Shown here: positions 1-9,373 of the stretch, in pieces
Position numbering within the stretch: the stretch's first letter is position 1
Layout of the letters: each line of letters begins with the position of its first letter
Assembly: GCA_050949565.1 (NCBI GenBank)
Contig: JBMNFY010000014.1
Coordinates: forward strand, 1-45,830
Reading direction: 5' to 3'
DNA from: Kiritimatiellia bacterium
GTDB taxonomy: Bacteria; Verrucomicrobiota; Kiritimatiellia; RFP12; UBA1067
Length of the DNA: 45,830 nucleotides
Made by a program: the position numbers and the translations under genes
Notes under the pieces: model-generated
Seen by the model: only the letters and a program-made list of their open reading frames with translations
What the model was told of the DNA's origin: nothing
Database searches by the model: none

Positions 1-813
1 CGCCGCGCAACGCGGTGACGATTTGCGCTTTGACCTCGAGATTGATCTCGAAGAGGCGATCTTCGGGTCCGAACGCGAAGTGGACCTGAACATCAACGAT
101 GCCTGCCCGACCTGTCGCGGCACCGGCGCCGCATCAGGTTCTTCACGCGAGACTTGCCGCCAATGCGGCGGACACGGTGTTGTGGTCGTCGGTGGCGGTT
201 TCCTCCAGCATGCGTCAGACCTGTCCGGTCTGTCGGGGTGCGGGTACGATCATCCGTAACCCCTGCAAGACCTGCAACGGTACCGGCCGCGTGAAGACCC
301 CGCGCCACATCGCCCTGCGCATTCCCAAGGGCGTCGAAACCGGCTCGCGTCTGCGCCTCGCTGGCAAGGGCGAGGGCGGCTTGCGCGGCGGTGATCCCGG
401 CGACCCTCTACGTGGTGCTGCATGTGCGCGACCACGAGCTGTTCCAGCGGCAGGACGACGACCTGGCCTGTACGGTCCATGTCTCTCCTCTGCTCGCCGC
501 GCTGGGCGGAGAGGTCGAAGCGCCCACGCCCGACGGTCACGCCCGCATTCGCTTGCCGGCTGGCACGCCCAACGGTAAGGTCTTCCGTCTACGCGGCAAG
601 GGTATGCCTAACCTGCAAGGCGGCGTTGGCGACCTTCATGTGCGCGTGGTGTTTGAAGTGCCCGTCCGTCTCTCCTCCAAACAGAAGCGGATGCTTGAAG
701 AGTTCAACGCCTCGGCCGGTAACGAAAACTTCCCAGTCGCCGCACGTGAGCGCAAGACCGCCGAGGCCTTTTTCACCCGCCGCGACGCCCTGCGTAAACA
801 CGCGGATAAGTAG
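1..813 (+). CDS. dnaJ: Chaperone DnaJ, 3' part (5' end outside window; two apparent +1 indels near 208 and 405)
   Basis: Four CxxCxGxG zinc-finger repeats (CPTCRGTG, CRQCGGHG, CPVCRGAG, CKTCNGTG), plus RGDDLRFDL, IPKGVETGSRLRLAGKGE and LRGKGMP...GDLHV motifs spread across three reading frames. Confidence 0.93.
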
Positions 814-832
814 CGCCGCGTTTCTTTTCAGC

Positions 833-1580
833 ATGCACCGTTGTCTGGTCACAACCGAAGAGCTGCTCGCAGACACCTGTGCGCTCGACCGCAAGGTAGC
901 GCACCACCTGCAAACCGTGTTGCGCGTTCGCCCCGGTGCCTCGGTCATGCTCTTCGACGGTCATGGCCGTACGCGTACCGCAACCGTCAGCACTGCCGAC
1001 CGGAACGGCTTGGTGCTCACGGCCCGACACGCCCGTTCACGAACATCTACGTCCCGTTTGCGCGCTCACGCTTTTCGCCTGTGTCAGCAAGGGCGTGCGC
1101 ATGGAGTGGACTGTCGAAAAAGCCACGGAACTGGGCGCGGCGCGTATTGTGCCGGTGCTTTCTGCGCGCACGGTCTCGCGTCCTGCAGAGGCCACGCGCT
1201 GGAGACGCATCGCCGAAGAGGCGGCACGCCAGTGCGGGACCGCATGGCTACCCGAGATTACAGACCCGCTCGCGTTTGATGCGGCCCTCGCTCTTGCTGC
1301 TGCGCAAATCCGTCCGCTCTTTGTCGCCGCGCTGACGCCCGAGGCCCGGCCGTTGCGCGACGCGCTGGCAGCTTTCAGTGCGCCGCCGCCATCGGCCGGG
1401 TGGTTCGTGGGACCGGAGGGCGACTTCACCCCCGACGAACTTACGTCGCTCACGGCTGCCGGTGCGATTCCTGTGAGCCTCGGCTCACCGGTCCTACGCG
1501 CCGAAACCGCCTGCCTGTACGGGCTCAGCGTCCTCTCCTGCGCGTGGGGAGAGCCTCCCCGCGAGCCGCACAGCTTTTAA
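833..1580 (+). CDS. rsmE: 16S rRNA m3U1498 methyltransferase RsmE (apparent +1 indel near 1025)
   Basis: MHR...HHLQTVLRVRPG...LFDG N-terminus in one frame; KATELGA, EEAARQC, VGPEGDFT and SLGSPVLRAETA in the next; usual position after dnaJ. Confidence 0.9.
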
Positions 1581-1727
1581 GTGGCCACAACAATCAATCG
1601 GTCCCGACAGCAACGCGGCGATTTGGATTGGAGTCAGAAACGCTTTCCATTTCCGGTCCGGTCACATACAATCATCAGGACAGTCGAGGTTGGGTTGTCG
1701 ATTGGTTTGAATGAGACGGAGGATGGC

Positions 1728-2426
1728 ATGGACGAGACGGTTTTCACGATGGGCAAGGAATTGGACATGAAAGAGGAGATGAAGCGTACGCTCGCGACGC
1801 CGAAGCTGCCTGCGAATGTCATGCTCAAAATCATGTTCCTGACCTTTGACCTGCTGTACGGCAAGGCGCGGTCGTTGCCCAAGGTTCTGGTGCTGGAGAT
1901 TCTGGCGCGCTATCCGTATTGGGCTTGGGAACACGGCTCTTACCGTCTGCTCTCTAAGTGGTATTGTGGCACACGATCAGTGCCGCGTGAAAAGATCGAG
2001 ATCGCGTTGCGCCACATTCAGATGGGACGCGAAGCGCAGGACAACGAACAGTGGCACATGCTGCTTTGGGCCGATCTCTGTCACCAAAAGGGCATTCGGC
2101 TCTCCTGGTTCCGTCATTTGCTGTTACCGCGCATCATGACCTTTGTCTACTTCTGCCTGACGCGCGTCATGTACCGGCTCAATCCGATTTGGTCGTTTGC
2201 GATGAATGCGGCTTTCGAGTCGCACGCCGAACACGAATACATGCTTTATGCGCGCGAGCATCCAGAGTTCGAGCAAGAGCCGGTCGATTCCGTCTGGTTC
2301 GCCTATTATCCGCGCCAGAAAACTCTGGCCGACCTCGTGCGCCGCGTGGGGCTGGATGAACGCGACCACATGAATCACTCACTGGCTGAGATTGAGCGTC
2401 TGAAGAACGCTCAAGTGAAACCATGA
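1728..2426 (+). CDS. Alternative oxidase/PTOX-like ferritin-fold di-iron protein
   Basis: LEILARYPY, NEQWH, FESHAEHEY and DERDH give the E / ExxH / E..Y / ExxH ligand pattern of AOX/PTOX; GGAGGA RBS at 1718-1723 before ATG 1728. Confidence 0.75.
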   Translation: MDETVFTMGKELDMKEEMKRTLATPKLPANVMLKIMFLTFDLLYGKARSLPKVLVLEILARYPYWAWEHGSYRLLSKWYCGTRSVPREKIEIALRHIQMGREAQDNEQWHMLLWADLCHQKGIRLSWFRHLLLPRIMTFVYFCLTRVMYRLNPIWSFAMNAAFESHAEHEYMLYAREHPEFEQEPVDSVWFAYYPRQKTLADLVRRVGLDERDHMNHSLAEIERLKNAQVKP

Positions 2427-2750
2427 AACACTTGAAACTTCATGAGAATCGGGGGCGTCGTGGCGGTTGGTTCTACGCGTGCGCGTAACTCCAAAAAGCC
2501 TTCGTGTCCTTCGTGTGAGAAAGAACCGGGTAATGCTTTTACTCTCACGGTTGCGAGCCACTGCGTGGCCGCAACAAGAGAGGTTGACCCGCGACATTCG
2601 ACCCGCGACCTGCGGCTGGAACAACGCCCCCCAAAAAAACTCTGCGTCTCTGCGCCTCTGCGTTAAAAACATCCCGAGGACTGCCCCCAAAAACCTCTGT
2701 GTCCTCTGTGCCTCTGTGAGAGAAAAACGCAGAACTTTCAACGCTCAATT
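2419..2750. repeat. Mosaic intergenic repeat block 1 (short tandem modules plus ~90-bp element)
   Basis: 2536-2618 is a near-identical reverse complement of 42372-42457; 2419-2450 matches the reverse complement of ~42244-42278; CTCTGCGTCTCTGCGCCTCTGCGTT module at ~2640-2665. Confidence 0.9.
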
Positions 2751-3676
2751 TTTTTCGCGTGAAGATGCGGGGCGAGGATAGCGGGGATGGCGGTGGCGAA
2801 GGAGGTGCGGCGACCAATACCCAGTCGCTCCAGATCGGAGGAGTCGAGATGGGCGTCTTGGGGACGCGGTGCGCCTGTGGGCGGCGTGGGGTCGGCCACG
2901 ATGCAGGCGGGATCGGTGCCGACCAACGGCGCGAACAGACACGCCATGTCGTACTTAGTCATCGCTTCGTTGCCGCTCCAATGGAAGATGCCGCCGAAGT
3001 CGGGGTCTTGCAGTCTGCGTGCGGTCATGCCGATAAGCACGGCGGCAACATCTGCCGTGTTCGTGGGATAGCGCGTTGCCCAGTGTTCCATCTTGACCTG
3101 TTGACCGGGTGCGGCTTTTATCAGGGCGTCGGCCAGTACGGTCACGGATGACTCGTCCAAGCGCTCGACGTCGCCGTAAAGAAGCGGCACACGCAACACA
3201 GCCGCCGCACAACCGGCTTGCAACACCGCGTGTTCGCCATCGAGCTTGCTCTGGCCGTAGGCGTTGAGCGGGTGCGTGGCGTCGGTGGGCCGGTAGGGCG
3301 GCTGCGTGCCGTCGAATACGTAGTCGGATGAGATGTAGATCACAAAGGCACTGTGTGCGGCGGCCCATTGGGCGATGGCGGCAGTGCTGCCGACATTCAG
3401 GCGTTGCGTGCCTTCCGGATCGCGCTCGCTTACGTCGGGCCGACGCTCGGCGGCGGTGTGGATGATGACGTCCGGTGCGAGTTGGTCAAGAAAGCCGGGG
3501 ATGGCGTCGGTCTGCGACAGGTCGATGCGTTCCAGGCCGGGGGCGGTGCGCCGGAATGCGGTACCGGTCACGCGCCAGTCATTGCGGTTGTTGCAGGCGC
3601 GCAGCAGCGGACGTCCGAGCAGGCCGGTGGCGCCGGTGATCAAAATATGCGGGGTGGGGGATGTTGTTGTCATCAT
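2738..3676 (-). CDS. Extended SDR, RmlD/methionine adenosyltransferase II beta (MAT2B)-like NAD(P)-binding protein
   Basis: ITGATGLLG Rossmann motif, HTAAERRPD, YISSDYVFDG, YGQSK (YxxxK), LRVPLLYG. Confidence 0.85.
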   Translation of the reverse strand: MMTTTSPTPHILITGATGLLGRPLLRACNNRNDWRVTGTAFRRTAPGLERIDLSQTDAIPGFLDQLAPDVIIHTAAERRPDVSERDPEGTQRLNVGSTAAIAQWAAAHSAFVIYISSDYVFDGTQPPYRPTDATHPLNAYGQSKLDGEHAVLQAGCAAAVLRVPLLYGDVERLDESSVTVLADALIKAAPGQQVKMEHWATRYPTNTADVAAVLIGMTARRLQDPDFGGIFHWSGNEAMTKYDMACLFAPLVGTDPACIVADPTPPTGAPRPQDAHLDSSDLERLGIGRRTSFATAIPAILAPHLHAKKIER

Positions 3677-3702
3677 GGTTTAGTACCTTACGGATTGTTT
3701 GT

Positions 3703-3804
3703 TTAACGCAGAGGCGCAGAGACGCAGAGTTTTTTTGGGGCAAACTAATGCACTAATTAACTAACGCACTAATTAACTTGGGTTGCGGGCTGCGCCCGCG
3801 CTAG
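3703..3804. repeat. Mosaic repeat block 2
   Basis: AACGCAGAGGCGCAGAGACGCAGAG module, ACTAAYGCACTAATTA x2 tandem, and terminal hairpin TTGGGTTGCGGGCTGCGCCCGCGCTAG overlapping the stop codon of the prenyltransferase gene. Confidence 0.85.
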
Positions 3805-4659
3805 ATGATACGTGTGAGTAGATGGTTGGCTAGCGCTGCGAGCGGCACGGTTTCGCCCGGCAGACCGTCGAGCGCCGCGACCGCTTGCGCCGTGAGGCTG
3901 TGCGCCCAGTCGCGCGCCTCGTCGGCGGACATCACCGCGAGGCAGGAGAGTTCCGGCGCCGCGTCGGCACGAGGCGGAGGGCGCGTCGAGCAGGTCGTCG
4001 ATGATCTGGAAGGCGAAACCCAGGGCGTCGGCAAAGCGCGAAAGTTTGTCGACGGCGTCCTCGTCTCCGCCAGCGGCCAGCGCGCCGAGGCGGCAGGCGG
4101 CTTTGAAGAGATCGGCGGTTTTGTGCTGGAAGACGAAGTCGATGACATCGCGCGTGGGCGCGGCGGCAAAGCGGATGTCTTCCACCTGTCCGCCGATCAC
4201 GCCGGCGAAACCGACGACGGCGGCGAGTTCTTTGACGAGCCGGGCGACGGTGCCGGGACGCCGTTCCGGCGTGTTGGCCAGCATTTCGAAAGCCAGCGTC
4301 TGCAAGGCGTCGCCGGTCAGCACGGCGATGGCTTCGCCATAGCGGGCGTGTACGGTGGGCTGGCCGCGGCGCAACAGGTCGTTGTCCATGCAGGGCAGGT
4401 CGTCATGCACGAGCGTGTAGGTGTGGAGCAGTTCGACCGCCGTGGCGGCGTAGCGCGCGTCTTCTGCCGAACCGCCGACGGCTTCGGCGGCGGCCAGACA
4501 GAGGATCGGCCGCAGGCGCTTGCCGCCCGACAGCACGGCGTGGCGCATCGCTTCCACGAGGATCGCAGGCCGCGTTTCGGCGGCGGGCAGGCTGGCGAAC
4601 AGATGTTCTTCGACCGCGCGCTTGCGGTCGGCGAGATAGGTTTCAAGTACGAAGGGCAT
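3801..4659 (-). CDS. ispA: Short-chain polyprenyl (FPP/GGPP) diphosphate synthase, IspA-like (apparent indel near 3975)
   Basis: GGKRLRP, HDDLPCMDNDLLRRG (FARM), FQIIDDLLD (SARM); natural helical C-terminus (..EARDWAHSL..LANHLLTRII) continues in the 3801..4169 frame. Confidence 0.85.
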
Positions 4660-4676
4660 GGCGGTTGTCCTGTTGG

Positions 4677-6083
4677 TCAGCAGACCTTGCCGGGGTTAAG
4701 AATGCCGTTGGGGTCGAAAGCGTGTTTGATATTGCGCATCAGGTTCATGGAAACTTCGCCGAGCGACTCGGCCAAAAACTCTTTCTTGGCGAAGCCGATG
4801 CCGTGCTCGCCTGAGACCTGTCCGCCGAGTTCGTGCGCCTTGGCATAGAGCAGATCGAAGGCTTCGCTGAGTTTACGCGCGTAGGTCTCAGAGTCGAGGT
4901 CGTCGCGCAGCACGTAGACGTGCAGGTTGCCGTCGCCAGCGTGACCGAAACCGCTCAGGCGCACGCCGACTTTCTGCTCGACCTCTTTGGTGTATTTCAC
5001 GAAGTCGGCCACATGGTTGCGCGGCACGACCACGTCGCACTCTTCCATTTCGGTGGTTGAGGCCTTGATCGCTTCGAGGAAGGCGCCGCGCGCGCTCCAG
5101 ATCGAGGTCTGGCGCTCGTCGGTGTCGGAGATCAGTACATCCCGAGCACCGGCTTGCAGGCAGATTTCGGCGACTTTCTCATAGATGGCTTCGACCTCTT
5201 CGCGGCTGTTGCCGTCGAAGGTCAGGAGCAGGTAGGCGTCGGACGAGTGATCGGGAAATTTTTTGCCCAGATACTGTTCGGCGCAGAGGATCACCGGTTG
5301 CTCCATGTATTCGATCGCCGTCGGGATGTACTTGGAGCGGATGATGACGGGGACGGTTTCGATGGCCGTCGCGAGATCGGCGAAGGGGATCAGCAGGCTG
5401 ATGGCTTTCTTGGGCAGAGGCAGCAGTTTGAGCAGGGCTTTTGTGACGAAGCCGAGCGTGCCTTCGGAGCCGATGATCAGATCCTTGATGCTGTAACCCG
5501 AGCTGTTTTTCACGATCTTGCCGCCGACCTCGATGACGTCGCCGTTGGCGAGTACCACTTCGAGGCCGCGCACGTAGTCGCGCGTGACGCCGTATTTGAC
5601 GGCGCGCATGCCTCCGGCGTTGGTGCTGATGTTGCCGCCGATCGAGGCGCTTTTCTCGCCGGGGTCGGGCGGATAGAAGAAGTCGCGTTCTTCGACAAAC
5701 TTGGCGATCTCCATCAGCAGCACGCCGGGCTCCACGGTCAGCGTGAGGTTGTCTTCATCCAGTTCGAGGATGCGGTTCATACGCGCGGTGCTCAGCATGA
5801 TGCCGCCATGGAGGGCGACGGCGGCACCGACCAGGCCGGTGCCTTGTCCGCGCGGGGTGACCGGCAGACGGCGCTCGTTGGCGTAGCGCAGCACGGCGGC
5901 GACTTGCTCGGTGGAGACGGCCTCGATCAGGAGATCGGGGAATTGATGCACCGCGCCCATTTCATCGTGGCTGTAGTCCTCATGGATCTGCTCGCGCGGC
6001 ACGACTTTGCCGGTCGGCTCCACCACGGATTTGAGATAGGCGATATCCGCATCGGTCAGGCTATTGAAGGTGGGCTCAGACAT
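4677..6083 (-). CDS. lctD: FAD-linked D-lactate dehydrogenase, GlcD/LctD family
   Basis: [66 protein letters not shown]; directly after etfBA and larA. Confidence 0.85.
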   Translation of the reverse strand: MSEPTFNSLTDADIAYLKSVVEPTGKVVPREQIHEDYSHDEMGAVHQFPDLLIEAVSTEQVAAVLRYANERRLPVTPRGQGTGLVGAAVALHGGIMLSTARMNRILELDEDNLTLTVEPGVLLMEIAKFVEERDFFYPPDPGEKSASIGGNISTNAGGMRAVKYGVTRDYVRGLEVVLANGDVIEVGGKIVKNSSGYSIKDLIIGSEGTLGFVTKALLKLLPLPKKAISLLIPFADLATAIETVPVIIRSKYIPTAIEYMEQPVILCAEQYLGKKFPDHSSDAYLLLTFDGNSREEVEAIYEKVAEICLQAGARDVLISDTDERQTSIWSARGAFLEAIKASTTEMEECDVVVPRNHVADFVKYTKEVEQKVGVRLSGFGHAGDGNLHVYVLRDDLDSETYARKLSEAFDLLYAKAHELGGQVSGEHGIGFAKKEFLAESLGEVSMNLMRNIKHAFDPNGILNPGKVC

Positions 6084-7272
6084 GGGCGCACTCTCCTTTC
6101 GCGAGCATGTTCAGAAGTTCGGGGATGATTTCGCAGACATCGCCGATCATGGCGGTGTGCGCGACTTTGAAAATCGACGCGTCGGGATCGATATTGATGG
6201 CGATGATCTTTTCGGCACCGCTCATGCCGGCGACAAACTGAACCGAACCCGACACGCCGCAGGTGATGATCAGCTTGGGCTTGACCGTGCGTCCGCTGAG
6301 TCCGATCTGACGGCGCGGTTCCAGCCAGCCGGCTTCGATGACCGGACGTGTACCGCCCACCATGCCGCCTAGGCGGTCGGCGAGTTGTTGCAGCAGTTCG
6401 ATGTTTTCGCGCCGCTGGATGCCTTGGCCGGCCACGACCAGCACATCGGCGTCTTCGATGTTTTTGACCGGCTCCTTACGGCGGGAGTCCAGCGTTTCGA
6501 TGCGGGATGCCAGCATCGCGTCGCTTGGCGTCACGGCGATCACTTCGCCGCTTGGCTCAGCGCGGCGCTGGGGCGCGGAAAAGATTTTATAGCGGACGGT
6601 GGCGAACTGGGGACGGTGGCGCGGCGTACGGATATGCGCCATGATGTTGCCGCCGAACGCCGGGCGGATTTGGTCGAGGTCGGTGTTGGACTGTATGTCC
6701 AGAAAAGTGCAGTCGGCGGTCAGGCCGGTGCGGAAACGCGCGGCCACGCGCGGTGCCAGCGAACGGCCGATCGGCGTGCCGCCGACCAGAATGACGGAGG
6801 GCTTGCAGCGGTTGACGAAGTCCTCGAACACCGCCGCGTAGGGACCGATGCGGAAATGTTCCAGTTCCGGGTGGTCGTAGACCGTGATCGCATCGATGCC
6901 GTAATGCCGCAGTTCTTCGGTCAGCGCGGTGAGCTGGTGGCCGGCCACCACTGCGTAAACCGGGTGGCCGATTTTGCCGGCGAGTTCGCAGGCTTTGCCG
7001 ACCAGCTCCAATGAAACCGGGTGGATCTCGCCGTCGGTCTGGTCGATATACACTGCGACGCCGCGCCATGCGTTTTTATCGACCGAAGTCCGCTGGGCTT
7101 CGACGAATTCAAACGCGCCGGGCGGGCCGTTTTTGACGCAGAGCTTGCACATGCGGCACGCCGCCGAGATGTTGACGCGATCCGCGTTGACCTCGATGGC
7201 GCCGAACGGACAGAGGCCGGTGATTTTTGAAAGGTCGGGAATCTTTTCTTGATGGACGATGAGTTCTGCCAT
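6076..7272 (-). CDS. etfA: Electron transfer flavoprotein alpha subunit with N-terminal ferredoxin-like domain (LctC/CarE type)
   Basis: CPFGAI...CRMCKLC Fe-S motif; [44 protein letters not shown]. Confidence 0.92.
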   Translation of the reverse strand: MAELIVHQEKIPDLSKITGLCPFGAIEVNADRVNISAACRMCKLCVKNGPPGAFEFVEAQRTSVDKNAWRGVAVYIDQTDGEIHPVSLELVGKACELAGKIGHPVYAVVAGHQLTALTEELRHYGIDAITVYDHPELEHFRIGPYAAVFEDFVNRCKPSVILVGGTPIGRSLAPRVAARFRTGLTADCTFLDIQSNTDLDQIRPAFGGNIMAHIRTPRHRPQFATVRYKIFSAPQRRAEPSGEVIAVTPSDAMLASRIETLDSRRKEPVKNIEDADVLVVAGQGIQRRENIELLQQLADRLGGMVGGTRPVIEAGWLEPRRQIGLSGRTVKPKLIITCGVSGSVQFVAGMSGAEKIIAINIDPDASIFKVAHTAMIGDVCEIIPELLNMLAKGECAHV

Positions 7273-7281
7273 GACGCGCTC

Positions 7282-8076
7282 CTAAACCAAAAATTTTGCA
7301 TCGCGCAGGTAGCCGCAAAGCCGCCCGGCCAGCTCGCTTGAAGAGCCTTCCCATGTTTCGCGGGTGACGTCGTGTTCGGGCGGGAAGATCCGCACCACGT
7401 TGGTCGGCGAACCGTTCAGCCCGTAACGGTTGGGGTCGGTGTCGGGCAGGTCGGCCAGCGTCATGCGGCGCACGGCAACGTCGCGCGTCGCCTTCTTGCG
7501 TTTAAACGAGGGCAGGCGGGGGGGGTAGATGTCTTTGTTGACCGAGAGCAGGCAGGGCAACGGCAGACGGATGGTCTCTTCGGTGACGGGTAGGTCGACC
7601 TGCACGGTTACCGTGCGCTCCTGCAACTCGTGGATGGCAATGACGTTAGTCGCATGGGGGATGTCGAGAAATTCGGCGATTTCCGGGCCGACCTGCGCGG
7701 TGTCGCCATCGGTGGTCTGCTGGCCGCAGATGATGATGCCGGCCTCGCCGATGACCTGAATGGCTTGCGAGAGCGTGTAGGCGGTCGCCAGTACGTCGGC
7801 GCCCGCGAACGCGCGGTCGGTGACCAGGACCGCTTCGTCGATGCCCATCATCAGCGCCTCGCGCAGCGATTGTTCAGCCTGCGGCGGCCCCATGGAGAGC
7901 GCGAGGGTCGTGGCCTCCGGCCAGTGCGCTTTGAGGCGCAGCGCGGTCTCGATCGCAAACAGATCGTACGGGTTGATTTTTGATTCGACGCCGTCGCGCT
8001 TCAGCACGCCGGTTTTTTCGTCGATGTCCACCTGCGTCGTGCCGGGGACCTGTTTGATACAGACCAGGATTCGCAT
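7282..8076 (-). CDS. etfB: Electron transfer flavoprotein beta subunit
   Basis: MRILVCIKQVP, NPYDLFAIE, SMGPPQA, GADVLATA, DGDTAQVGP, GLNGSPT. Confidence 0.93.
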   Translation of the reverse strand: MRILVCIKQVPGTTQVDIDEKTGVLKRDGVESKINPYDLFAIETALRLKAHWPEATTLALSMGPPQAEQSLREALMMGIDEAVLVTDRAFAGADVLATAYTLSQAIQVIGEAGIIICGQQTTDGDTAQVGPEIAEFLDIPHATNVIAIHELQERTVTVQVDLPVTEETIRLPLPCLLSVNKDIYPPRLPSFKRKKATRDVAVRRMTLADLPDTDPNRYGLNGSPTNVVRIFPPEHDVTRETWEGSSSELAGRLCGYLRDAKFLV

Positions 8077-8077
8077 C

Positions 8078-9373
8078 TTACATATCCTCCACAATGACCG
8101 ACACGCCATCCGGGATGACCGTCACGCGCGCGTCGGGTGGTGCCGTGCGCCGCGCTTTTTCAATCGCCTCGGGCAGACTCGTCGCTATCTCCATGCCCAT
8201 ACTCTGGATCATTGCCGGGTCGCAAAGATCGCTGACTAAAATCACGCGGTGCTTGGCCAGGATGCGCGCAAGGATCTGGACCTCCCATTGATCGGGCGTG
8301 GTCTTGTCCTGCGGCACCTGCTTGATCGCGTCCAACAGTTCTTGCGGACTTTGCATTTCGGCCAGCGCCTTGAAAAAGTGTTCGCCGCCCGCGCCGTCAG
8401 AGCAGCCCGCCACCATAATCACGGTGCCGCCGGGTCGGCAGCAGGCCTCGGCAGCGGTCATGCCCTTGACGGCTTGATAAACATTTTGGTCAAGCGGATA
8501 GCCGCCGTTACCGGTGATCACGATATCGGCGAGGACGCGGGGGACGGTGACCTCGCGTGCGAGGTGGCTGCAACCGGCGGCGTGCGCCTCTTCGGGGTGG
8601 CCGGCAAAGGCGGCGCGGACACTCTTGTCGGCGTTGATCGTGACGTTGAGAATGAACGCCAGACGCGCCTGCTGCGCGGCGAAGAGCATGTCGCGATGGA
8701 TCGGGTTGTCTTCCAGACTGCCGGCGCGGGCGTACGGGTCGGCGATAAAGGCGGAGCAGTGGTTGGCGAGCACAGTGGCGCGACCGGCGATACCGGGCAG
8801 GATGCTTTTGCGGCCACCGGAAAAGCCTGCGAAAAAGTGGGGTTCGATGAAGCCCTCGGCCACCAGCAGATCGGTGTCCAGCGCCGCGCGGTTCAGCCAG
8901 AGTTCGCCGCCGGAAGGCAGGGACGCGAGTTGGCGCAGGCTCGCGGTGTCGGTACAGTCGTGCATCAGGAAGGTTTCGCGCTGCACGACCTCTGCGCCGA
9001 ATTTATCGCGCATCTCGTCGGGCGTCATCGCCCGGTGACAGCCGGTGGCCACAAGGATGCGGATGTCGATGGCGGGATTGCCGCGGCGCAGGCGTTCGAG
9101 CAGCAGCGGCAGCGTGACGCGGCTGGGTACCGGACGCGTATGATCGCTGGTGATGACCGTGGCGGTCGTCTTGCCGACTGCGAGCGTTTCAAGCGGCGGC
9201 GAGCCGATGGGGCGGTCCAGCGCACGAGTGACGCGCTGGCGTTGCTCGTCGATGGAAGGCGACTGGGTATCTGTGGTGGCATGGCCGGGCGGTGTTAAAA
9301 TCACCGCCTGGCTTTCGGGGGGGAGATCCGCCTCCAGCGCGGACGTATGGTAGGGGATGCGTATGCGCGTCAT
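8078..9373 (-). CDS. larA: Nickel-pincer-dependent lactate racemase (LarA family)
   Basis: SDHTRPVP, ATGCHR, EPHFFAGFSGGRKSILPG, GGYPLDQNVYQAVKG, PDQW. Confidence 0.9.
   Translation of the reverse strand: MTRIRIPYHTSALEADLPPESQAVILTPPGHATTDTQSPSIDEQRQRVTRALDRPIGSPPLETLAVGKTTATVITSDHTRPVPSRVTLPLLLERLRRGNPAIDIRILVATGCHRAMTPDEMRDKFGAEVVQRETFLMHDCTDTASLRQLASLPSGGELWLNRAALDTDLLVAEGFIEPHFFAGFSGGRKSILPGIAGRATVLANHCSAFIADPYARAGSLEDNPIHRDMLFAAQQARLAFILNVTINADKSVRAAFAGHPEEAHAAGCSHLAREVTVPRVLADIVITGNGGYPLDQNVYQAVKGMTAAEACCRPGGTVIMVAGCSDGAGGEHFFKALAEMQSPQELLDAIKQVPQDKTTPDQWEVQILARILAKHRVILVSDLCDPAMIQSMGMEIATSLPEAIEKARRTAPPDARVTVIPDGVSVIVEDM

Noticed and set aside
2379-2817. Short ORFs across repeat blocks (also 24234-24643, 35257-35934, 42067-43009)
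   Set aside because: Translations consist of repeat-derived peptides (e.g. SASLRLCV, HGRDAHAT) that recur wherever the repeats occur; no RBS or coding signature
1-4000. Frameshifts in dnaJ (~208, ~405), rsmE (~1025) and ispA (~3975) as programmed frameshifting or pseudogenisation
   Set aside because: They are small indels, mostly in or beside short C/G runs, in conserved housekeeping genes, clustered at one end of the window, with no slippery heptamers. Long-read consensus error is the simplest explanation; a read pileup would settle it.
3805-9298. Long plus-strand ORFs (3805-4848, 5154-6128, 8249-9298) and similar antisense ORFs elsewhere (e.g. 29146-30300, 33530-34672)
   Set aside because: They are antisense shadows of well-supported genes, expected in high-GC DNA, and carry no recognisable motifs
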